The translations under genes and the position numbers were made by a program. From Candidatus Parcubacteria bacterium (GTDB taxonomy: Bacteria; Patescibacteriota; Saccharimonadia; Saccharimonadales; 2-12-FULL-41-12): a stretch of 64,000 nucleotides of DNA. Location of the stretch: NCBI GenBank assembly GCA_019347895.1, contig JAHWKM010000003.1, positions 771 to 64,770 of the forward strand, read 5' to 3'. The notes beneath the pieces are model-generated. The model did no database searches. It was not told the origin of the DNA and worked only from the letters and a program-made list of their open reading frames with translations. Below are positions 8,450-14,875 of this stretch, piece after piece (positions within the stretch are counted from its first letter, which is position 1; every line of letters begins with the position of its first letter).

Positions 8450-8647
8450 AATGCTCTTCCTCTTCATATCCCCTATTTATAGTCGCTCTTTACTTCTAAA
8501 TTATACGTGCAATAAAAATATAAACAAAACAGTACCAAATTATTGTCCGGCCGGACAGGTTTGTGGTACTGTTTGTTGTTTTTTTGTTTTGAGAATGGTT
8601 GAGGAATGGTTGTTTGGTGACATCACTTTTGATATCATATACCCCAA

Positions 8648-10168
8648 ATGGCAAATACAAACGAGAAAATCGGCTCCCTAATTTACCAGATCAGGCAAGA
8701 AAGAGGTTTGACGCAAGCTGAATTTGCCCGACGGCTGGGCACCAGCCAGAGCGCGGTAAACCGTATCGAAAAAGGCCGCCAAAATCTTAGTCTGGACACA
8801 CTTGGGCGCATTAGCGACGTACTTAACAAGCAGATTATTTCATTGGGCGGCGATACGGTTAACCTAAAAATTGAAGGCGGTCAAGAACTTTCCGGATCAA
8901 TAGAAACAAGGGTTGCCAAAAACTCTGCGGTTTGCCTGCTTTTTGCAGCTTTGTTAAACAAAGGTACCACCCGGCTAAAGAACATGCCGAGAATTGAGGA
9001 AGTTAATCGACTCATAGAGGTGTTGGTTAGCGTAGGCGTTAAAATCCGCCGGATGGCTGGAAACGATTTGGAAATACGGCCGCCTGAAAAATTCGACTTA
9101 TCCAAAATAGACAAGATCGCCGCCCGCAAAACCCGCAGCGTAATCATGATGCTGGGGCCTATGATGCATATGGAAAAACAATTCAGCATCCCCTATGCCG
9201 GCGGATGCAAGCTCGGCATTAGGACAGTTACGCCCCACCTCTACGCCCTGGAAGAATTCGGAGTACATATTGATACCAAAACCGGCCATTACCAGGTAGA
9301 TGTCAAGAAAAAAACGCCCAAGCAAGTGGTTATGTATGAGTCGGGCGATACTACGACAGAAAACGCCATTATGGCGGCGGCCTACCAAACCGATGAAGTC
9401 ATAATAAAAATGGCTAGCGCCAATTATCAAGTCCAGGATTTATGCTATTTTCTGAAAAAACTAGGCGTAAAGATCGAGGGCATCGGCACCAGCACGCTTA
9501 AAATCCGCGGCGTCCAGGAAGCCCATAAAAACATTACTTACTCTCCGATTGAAGACCCTATAGAATCAATGACATTTATAGCGGCAGCCGTCGCTACTAA
9601 TTCAAAAATTACCGTTAAAAGAGCGCCGATTGAGTTCTTGGAATTAGAGATTTTGAAACTTGAGAAGATGGGTCTTAGGGTTGATGTGGGCGAGCAATAC
9701 AAAGCCGACAATGGGCATAGCTGGCTAGCCGACATAACCGTGCACAAGCACAACGGTAAGTTGGTGGCGCTGGAAGAGAAAATTTATGCCCGGCCTTACC
9801 CGGGGTTAAACATAGACAACTTGCCCTATTTCGTGCCGATTGCCGCCGTAGCCAAAGGCCGCACCCTGATACATGACTGGGTTTACGAAGAGCGGGCGCT
9901 ATATTATACCGAGATGCGCAAACTTGGCGTGAATGTGACCTTAGCCGATCCGCACCGCGCTTATATTGACGGACCGACTAAATGGCATGTAGCGGATATC
10001 GTCTGCCCCCCGGCCTTGCGCCCGGCAGTTTTACTGCTGATAGGCATGCTGGCCGCCGACGATATTTCGATTTTACGCAATGTCTACTCTATTAACCGCG
10101 GCTATGAATATTTAGCGGAACGACTTAATTCCCTAGGCGCCAAGATAGAAATTCTCCACGACATATAA
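8648..10168 (+). CDS. murA: UDP-N-acetylglucosamine 1-carboxyvinyltransferase with N-terminal XRE-type HTH domain
   Basis: Residues ~1-65 are HTH (IRQERGLTQAEFARRLGTSQSAVNRIEKGRQN). The remainder is MurA/EPSP-fold with catalytic-Cys loop PYAGGCKLGIRTV and C-terminal INRGYEYLAERLNSLGAKIE. Confidence 0.8.
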   Translation: MANTNEKIGSLIYQIRQERGLTQAEFARRLGTSQSAVNRIEKGRQNLSLDTLGRISDVLNKQIISLGGDTVNLKIEGGQELSGSIETRVAKNSAVCLLFAALLNKGTTRLKNMPRIEEVNRLIEVLVSVGVKIRRMAGNDLEIRPPEKFDLSKIDKIAARKTRSVIMMLGPMMHMEKQFSIPYAGGCKLGIRTVTPHLYALEEFGVHIDTKTGHYQVDVKKKTPKQVVMYESGDTTTENAIMAAAYQTDEVIIKMASANYQVQDLCYFLKKLGVKIEGIGTSTLKIRGVQEAHKNITYSPIEDPIESMTFIAAAVATNSKITVKRAPIEFLELEILKLEKMGLRVDVGEQYKADNGHSWLADITVHKHNGKLVALEEKIYARPYPGLNIDNLPYFVPIAAVAKGRTLIHDWVYEERALYYTEMRKLGVNVTLADPHRAYIDGPTKWHVADIVCPPALRPAVLLLIGMLAADDISILRNVYSINRGYEYLAERLNSLGAKIEILHDI

Positions 10169-10172
10169 TTTT

Positions 10173-10247
10173 TGGTGCGGGCGGGGAGAATCGAACTCCC
10201 ATCTCTTGCTTGGAAGGCAGGTATATTAGCCGTTATACGACGCCCGC
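10173..10247 (-). tRNA. tRNA-Gly (anticodon TCC), CCA encoded
   Basis: Reverse complement GCGGGCGTCGTATAACGGCTAATATACCTGCCTTCCAAGCAAGAGATGGGAGTTCGATTCTCCCCGCCCGCACCA. Confidence 0.9.
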
Positions 10248-10264
10248 GTCAATGTTTAACTATA

Positions 10265-10930
10265 CTACACAGGCTCTAGCGCTCTATCAATCCAGCCGCT
10301 TATCCTTCTGTACAAGGTTACACCTTTCTCAGATTCGCCATTACAAACTACACTGATATGTGCTGTGCCGTGCGGCAGTTTGCTGCGGTTATTACGATTT
10401 TTATTTATTCGTTTATCGACCATGGTTTTTCGAAAGTTCTTGATCGGCAATTCCGTTATTGTCCGCCAGTATTTTTTGGCTTCTAGTTCATTATTGTCCG
10501 GATAAATGTGAAGTCTGACCGTTAAATTATCGTTTGTTAAATCACAAATTTCTTTAAGCCATCTAACAGCAATTGCAATAACAACCGGATCAGAATTCGA
10601 TATACGGATACCCTCTGTGGTCTTTGAACCTTCGCCGATGTATAGACCAAGACCAAGCATCCATAAATCTCGGCGTGACAGCTTTCCGATCTCTGCTTTG
10701 CCTAGCTTCCTATACTTGGCAATATCTTTTAATCTTTGCTCATGCCTTAAAGCGCCGGATTTAATAGGTCCATATTGAATTCTTTTTAACATTTCTGTGT
10801 TCGGTGAAAAAGGCCTGTCCTTAAACCAATAGCTCATTGTACTTTTAGAGATTCCCAGAGTATCACTAATCATATTGTAGGAGTATCCCTTGTCCCTTAA
10901 CGTGGTTGCTTCATGCCTAAGTGAATTCAT
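10265..10930 (-). CDS. LAGLIDADG-type homing-endonuclease-like protein with N-terminal HTH
   Basis: Single LAGLIDADG-like motif LWMLGLGLYIGEGSK. N-terminal GYSYNMISDTLGISKSTMSYWF HTH. Lies 18 bp from tRNA-Gly. Confidence 0.6.
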   Translation of the reverse strand: MNSLRHEATTLRDKGYSYNMISDTLGISKSTMSYWFKDRPFSPNTEMLKRIQYGPIKSGALRHEQRLKDIAKYRKLGKAEIGKLSRRDLWMLGLGLYIGEGSKTTEGIRISNSDPVVIAIAVRWLKEICDLTNDNLTVRLHIYPDNNELEAKKYWRTITELPIKNFRKTMVDKRINKNRNNRSKLPHGTAHISVVCNGESEKGVTLYRRISGWIDRALEPV

Positions 10931-10991
10931 ATCAGCAGTATATCAATATCAGTTAATGGGTTCAATAATTTTTTAACTGGTATACTTAAGG

Positions 10992-11789
10992 TTGATTATG
11001 TATGAGGAAGATTTAAAAAAAGCATTTAAGCTGGCTGATGTGGCTGATGAGATTGGTATGAAATATTTCATGTCGAGGGATCTGAAAGTCGAGACCAAAC
11101 CTGATGATACTCCCGTCACACAAGGCGACAAAGAAATTGAAGAAGCATTAACCAAAATTGTCGTGGAAGAATTTGGCGACAGTTACGTCGGTGAAGAAGG
11201 AGCTCGGGAAGGTAGCGGTACCCGGCGCTGGTTAATCGACCCGATAGACGGAACTAAAAATTTTCTGCGAGGCTTTCCGGTTTGGGGAAGCCTGATTTCA
11301 CTTAAAGAGGCCGATGAGGTTACTGTGGCTTGCATCTCCGCCCCCGCTCTTGGCCGCCGGTGGTGGGCTACCAAAAATGGCGGAGCTTTTACACACGACG
11401 TTAACGGTAAACAAAGGCAGATCCAAGTTTCAGATGTCAAGAATCTGTCCGATTCTTTCCTGCTACACAACGCCATGATGACATGGGACAAGCAACCGGA
11501 CGGGATTGATAAAGTCTTAAAGCTTCTTCGAAAAACCTGGCGACAGCGTCATGTCGGTGATTTTCTGGCCTTCATGTATGTGGCGGAGGGCGTGGCCGAC
11601 GGCTGCTTTGACAGCTTCCCCGCCCTCTGGGATATCGAAGCCGCCCAGCTAATAGTTGAGGAAGCCGGTGGCGCAGTCTGGACAAGCGCTAACGAGAATA
11701 CTCCAGTGGACGAAAGACGTAGCTGTGTCGCCTCAAATGGCAATTTTCAAGAAACCATATTAGAACACCTAGGATTAAGTAAGTCATAG
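10992..11789 (+). CDS. inositol monophosphatase family protein (IMPase/HisN-like)
   Basis: WLIDPIDGTKNF and WDIEAAQLIVEEAGG family motifs. Confidence 0.75.
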   Translation: MIMYEEDLKKAFKLADVADEIGMKYFMSRDLKVETKPDDTPVTQGDKEIEEALTKIVVEEFGDSYVGEEGAREGSGTRRWLIDPIDGTKNFLRGFPVWGSLISLKEADEVTVACISAPALGRRWWATKNGGAFTHDVNGKQRQIQVSDVKNLSDSFLLHNAMMTWDKQPDGIDKVLKLLRKTWRQRHVGDFLAFMYVAEGVADGCFDSFPALWDIEAAQLIVEEAGGAVWTSANENTPVDERRSCVASNGNFQETILEHLGLSKS

Positions 11790-11800
11790 CCCTGCCCTGT

Positions 11801-11806
11801 TATAAT
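11801..11806 (+). promoter_or_regulatory. -10 box (TATAAT) upstream of interrupted tRNA-Arg-like element
   Basis: TATAAT lies 12 nt upstream of the GCCCCGG acceptor start at 11819. Confidence 0.4.
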
Positions 11807-11818
11807 ATTTTGTACCGC

Positions 11819-11974
11819 GCCCCGGTAGCTCAGCTGGATAGAGCAGGAGACTTCTAAGCTCAAGGTCGTAGGTGAGAAATGCCTTGAATGGCATTTCGCA
11901 AGGTCGGAGCGCGACGGCGCGAGACATGCCGAAAAGAATTTTTAGCAGAAAATTACTTTTGGGCGAATCCTATC
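11819..11974 (+). ncRNA. tRNA-Arg(UCU)-like sequence interrupted in the T-loop by a ~90-nt class-2 module (pseudo-tRNA or novel tRNA-scaffold RNA)
   Basis: GCCCCGGTAGCTCAGCTGGATAGAGCAGGAGACTTCTAAGCTCAAGGTCGTAGGT|GAGAAATGCCTTGAATGGCATTTCGCAAGGTCGGAGCGCGACGGCGCGAGACATGCCGAAAAGAATTTTTAGCAGAAAATTACTTTTGGG|CGAATCCTATC. T-stem GTAGG/CCTAT pairs. There is no acceptor 3' strand and the anticodon stem is weak. Confidence 0.5.
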
Positions 11975-12002
11975 TTAAACCTTACAATATAAACCGGTAC
12001 CT

Positions 12003-12079
12003 GCCCCGGTAGCTCAGTGGATTAGAGCAAGACGGTTCTAACGTCAAGGTCGGGGGTTCGAATCCCTCCCGGGGTACCA
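12003..12079 (+). tRNA. tRNA-Arg (anticodon TCT), CCA encoded
   Basis: GCCCCGGTAGCTCAGTGGATTAGAGCAAGACGGTTCTAACGTCAAGGTCGGGGGTTCGAATCCCTCCCGGGGTACCA. TACAAT -10 lies at 11983-11988. Confidence 0.9.
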
Positions 12080-12117
12080 ATATAAAAGCTGGTCCTTGTG
12101 ACCGGTTTTTATATTGG
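12077..12117 (+). terminator. palindromic terminator hairpin after tRNA-Arg(UCU)
   Basis: CCAATATAAAA-GCTGGTC-CTTGT-GACCGGT-TTTTATATTGG. Confidence 0.5.
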
Positions 12118-12264
12118 ATATCTCGGGGAATCAAACCACCGACCAAAAGGTCGGGGTGAAAAATGCCTGTGGCATTTTGCAAGGAAACCTACTCTTCAAA
12201 ACTTGTTTTGAGAGACGTAGTTTCGGGCCTGCCGAAGGTAGGTCGAATCCCTCCCGGGGTACCA
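12115..12264 (+). ncRNA. class-1 tRNA-satellite element (Arg-UCU type), ends in CCA
   Basis: TGGATATCTCGGGGAATCAAACCACCGACC-AAAA-GGTCGGGGT|GAAAAATGCCTGTGGCATTTTGCAAGGAAACC...AGTTTCGGGCCTGCCGAAGGTAGG|TCGAATCCCTCCCGGGGTACCA. Confidence 0.5.
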
Positions 12265-12266
12265 AC

Positions 12267-12295
12267 TTGACAACTACTTAGCCTTATGCTATTAT
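12267..12295 (+). promoter_or_regulatory. strong sigma70-type promoter (TTGACA-17-TATTAT)
   Basis: TTGACA at 12267-12272, 17-nt spacer, TATTAT at 12290-12295. The predicted TSS coincides with the ATG at 12302. Confidence 0.6.
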
Positions 12296-12301
12296 GTAGT
12301 T

Positions 12302-12443
12302 ATGTTTGAACGAAAAGAAGATACGCATCTGCCCCTTTCTTGATCTTGAACCAAAAGTAGATACACCACCGCCCCCTCCTCTCCCGGAAAAAGAAGACAC
12401 GCCACCTTCAACACCTGGTACGCCTGAAGGAGTGTGGCTTTAG
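12302..12443 (+). pseudogene. leaderless proline-rich small ORF with tandem 33-39 nt repeats, broken by a 1-nt frame change in a C-run
   Basis: The ATG frame gives MFERKEDTHLPLS*. The shifted frame continues LDLEPKVDTPPPPPLPEKEDTPPSTPGTPEGVWL*. The repeat peptide E-x-K-x-D-T-P-P appears in both frames. Removing one C at ~12331-12334 yields one 50-aa ORF. Confidence 0.3.
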
Positions 12444-12448
12444 CCACG

Positions 12449-12469
12449 CGATATCCTACCCGGGTACCA
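12449..12469 (+). other. isolated tRNA-Arg-like 3' fragment (T-loop to CCA)
   Basis: CGATATCCTACCCGGGTACCA versus the genuine CGAATCCCTCCCGGGGTACCA. Preceded by hairpin GTGTGGC-TTTA-GCCACGC. Confidence 0.4.
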
Positions 12470-12574
12470 AATGATTACCTAGACTGCGCGTATTTGATAC
12501 TAATCCCTATCCTACCTTTGCCCATGAATAGCGAGATTTGTTACTGAATTTAAGGTTAGTTTTTATATAATTGC

Positions 12575-12772
12575 TTGACTAAATGTCGAGTAGGATTTAT
12601 GAACAATATTAATGGAAGTCTAAAGGGAGGTGATGACGATGCAGCTCCTGTCAAAAGGACTGTCTTCGGAATTGGCGCAATTTTATTCCTCCTAATCACT
12701 GGTTTGGTAGTGTTGTTTTGGATTTTTAGCAATTCTTTATCAAAATCAAACCGATCCAACCAATTCAGGTAG
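12575..12772 (+). CDS. N-terminal membrane-anchor fragment of a frame-disrupted gene (continues in 12801..13157 frame)
   Basis: The TM segment FGIGAILFLLITGLVVLF stops soon after a T-run. The frame of the next ORF is open back to 12711 and reads CCFGFLAILYQNQTDPTNSGSGVTNVSESIMFSL... Confidence 0.4.
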   Translation: MTKCRVGFMNNINGSLKGGDDDAAPVKRTVFGIGAILFLLITGLVVLFWIFSNSLSKSNRSNQFR

Positions 12773-12800
12773 CGGAGTCACGAACGTAAGCGAATCTATA

Positions 12801-13157
12801 ATGTTTAGTCTAACAAGTGACAAAGAAGGTTATGATTACGGCGACACAGCGGCTTTTCAGGCTACGGTTACAAATATATCTCCTGAAACTATCACAAAAG
12901 AAATTGATCAAGATTGCGCTGACCCGATTTTGCTTATAAATGATACCAAGCTTGAATCGCCGGAGTGCCAGAGAAATGAGTCGGAAATAGTTTTGGAACC
13001 CGGCAATTCCGTTTCCTGGCAATGGAGCTATAAAATACTTGAGCCAGATGCAGACGCTCGTTCAACCCAGGAAGTTGCATTGAAAGCCGGCAAGCATGAG
13101 CTATCCTCCCTCTGGCTTGGTGAGCCGCAAGAAAGCGTCGAATTTTCCGTAGATTAA
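12801..13157 (+). CDS. hypothetical extracytoplasmic domain protein (probable C-terminal part of the frame-disrupted gene)
   Basis: 118-aa ORF with no recognisable motif. The upstream in-frame extension joins the TM anchor. Confidence 0.5.
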   Translation: MFSLTSDKEGYDYGDTAAFQATVTNISPETITKEIDQDCADPILLINDTKLESPECQRNESEIVLEPGNSVSWQWSYKILEPDADARSTQEVALKAGKHELSSLWLGEPQESVEFSVD

Positions 13158-13186
13158 TTCCTCGCTAAAGAGGTATAATTGGGCCA

Positions 13187-13288
13187 ATGCCTGAAAAATT
13201 CTCTTCAAAAGAAAAGAAGCGACAGTTTTGGAAATGGGCGGCCATCGGCGGAGTGGCGCTGGTTGGAGCCGGGGTTTTAATAGGATGA
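13187..13288 (+). CDS. small single-TM protein (33 aa), apparently leaderless
   Basis: MPEKFSSKEKKRQFWKWAAIGGVALVGAGVLIG*. TATAAT at 13174-13179 lies 7 nt before the ATG. The stop overlaps the next ATG (ATGA). Confidence 0.35.
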   Translation: MPEKFSSKEKKRQFWKWAAIGGVALVGAGVLIG

Positions 13289-13860
13289 GAACTATTGCTC
13301 CTAAGAATGCTAAACTGCTTCCGCAAAAAGCTAAGCGGGTTTTCAAAGGCCAAATTTTTGATGTTTACCAATGGCGGCAAAAAATGTTTGACGGCAGCCT
13401 CGAGACTTTTGAGATGCTAAAACGGACGGATACAATCAAGATTATTGCTATCAAGGACGATGAAATAGTGGTGCTTGAAGAGGAACAGCCGCCTCACCCG
13501 CCCTTCATTGCCATTCCCGGCGGGCGGCATGATAAGGAAAATGAAACCGAGCTGGAGGCCGCAAAGCGCGAACTGCTAGAAGAAACCGGCATGAAATTTA
13601 AGAACTGGCGGCTGCTCAGCGTGGATCAACCGCATACCAAAATTGATTGGTTTGTTTATGTTTTCCTGGCCACCGAATTTGAATCCCAAACCGAACAAAA
13701 TCTCGACGCCGGCGAAAGAATCGAAGTGAAGCTTTATAGTTTTGAAGAAGTAAAAGATTTGTTAAGCGACCCAAAGAACCGCTACCTGCCCAAGAAAATA
13801 TTGGAAGAAGTCAATTCATTGCAAGAATTAAAAAATTACCCGGAATATTTAGCGAACTAA
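13285..13860 (+). CDS. NUDIX hydrolase
   Basis: Nudix box GGRHDKENETELEAAKRELLEETG. Start at MRTIAPKN preferred over 13228. Confidence 0.75.
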   Translation: MRTIAPKNAKLLPQKAKRVFKGQIFDVYQWRQKMFDGSLETFEMLKRTDTIKIIAIKDDEIVVLEEEQPPHPPFIAIPGGRHDKENETELEAAKRELLEETGMKFKNWRLLSVDQPHTKIDWFVYVFLATEFESQTEQNLDAGERIEVKLYSFEEVKDLLSDPKNRYLPKKILEEVNSLQELKNYPEYLAN

Positions 13861-13861
13861 T

Positions 13862-14326
13862 ATGGTTCATGCCTTGGCTTATGTTGTCTTCATTTTACCT
13901 TTTACAGCCTGGTTGGGCTGGGAATTAAACAAAAGATATTCGCTTAAAGCATATTGGTATTGGGTAGCTGCTGCTTTTATAACCGGGGTTGCCGGCAGTT
14001 TAATTTATGGCCAGTATACAGATAAATTCGGCAATTTCCTGCTGCACATGAGCGGCGGTATTTCGGCTACATTTTTGTTTGTTTACTTTACAAAAACTCT
14101 GAAGCTTAAATTTATTAACTGGCGAATAACATTGCTGGTGCTTTTCGGGTTTGTCTCAACGTTAGGCGTGCTAAACGAGCTGGCAGAATATATTTTGGAG
14201 ACACTAGGTTTTGGTATATTCAGCGATGATTCACATGATACCTGGCGGGATTTCGCGGCCAATATCTTCGGTATGCTGGTGGCTTGGGTTGCTTTAAATA
14301 TCCTTCAAGTATTTGACAAAAAGTAA
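13862..14326 (+). CDS. hypothetical integral membrane protein
   Basis: 154 aa with 4-5 hydrophobic helices. Confidence 0.5.
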   Translation: MVHALAYVVFILPFTAWLGWELNKRYSLKAYWYWVAAAFITGVAGSLIYGQYTDKFGNFLLHMSGGISATFLFVYFTKTLKLKFINWRITLLVLFGFVSTLGVLNELAEYILETLGFGIFSDDSHDTWRDFAANIFGMLVAWVALNILQVFDKK

Positions 14327-14350
14327 GCATAAATGCTATAATACAAATAT

Positions 14351-14467
14351 ATGGCCGAACGATACACACCTAAAGAAAACAAGAATAGCGAACTGTTGTG
14401 GGCATTTATATTGGGCGGATTTATCCTAGTGGCAGCCGGTCTCATACCTGATGGTTTCGAAGTCTAA
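14351..14467 (+). CDS. small single-TM protein (38 aa)
   Basis: MAERYTPKENKNSELLWAFILGGFILVAAGLIPDGFEV*. Preceded by TGCTATAAT extended -10. Confidence 0.35.
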   Translation: MAERYTPKENKNSELLWAFILGGFILVAAGLIPDGFEV

Positions 14468-14748
14468 ACAAGCGAACACCTATAACCCTTACACATATTT
14501 GTAAAATCTTAAACAAAAATTAAAAACAATTATACAGACTCAAAATAAGCCAACCCGCATCTTATAACTTAACAAATATGGACGATCGTCTCTATTTGTT
14601 TAGTTTTGGCTTATGGCTTTTTGGTATTTGTTTTAAATTCCCTAATTTTGTCAATGTAAGTTTAATGCTTGGTTTTAAAGCTTATATGGCTGTGTCATAA
14701 TTGTCATTACCTTGGTTCCTCATCATAAGAAGGATCTAAAGGATTTTT

Positions 14749-14824
14749 GGTGCCCGTAGTTTAACGGTTAAAGCGCCGCTTTGTGGAGGCGGATACGAGG
14801 GTTCAACTCCCTTCGGGCACCCCA
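14749..14824 (+). tRNA. tRNA-His (anticodon GTG) with encoded G-1 and CCA
   Basis: G-GTGCCCGTAGTTTAACGGTTAAAGCGCCGCTTTGTGGAGGCGGATACGAGGGTTCAACTCCCTTCGGGCACCCCA. G-1 lies opposite C73. Confidence 0.9.
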
Positions 14825-14875
14825 CAAAACTTATGGTTAAAGACTACTTCTTCAGCTTGCGATTGATATAAAGGT

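Noticed and set aside
11982-12182. Track ORF 11982..12182(-); also 27849..28031(+) and 27949..28182(-)
   Set aside because: They are antisense to, or run across, tRNA-Arg/tRNA-Pro and their satellites.
11874-12240. Satellite inserts as group I (or group II) introns in tRNA
   Set aside because: The 5' exon ends in U and the insert ends in G, as in group I introns. However, the inserts (~85-90 nt) are far too small and I see no P/Q/R/S core.

The insertion site is the T-loop, not the anticodon loop. Excision would leave a 6-nt T-loop in the Lys and Pro copies. The class-2 copies lack an acceptor 3' strand. No GUGYG...AY boundaries or domain V are present, which rules out group II.
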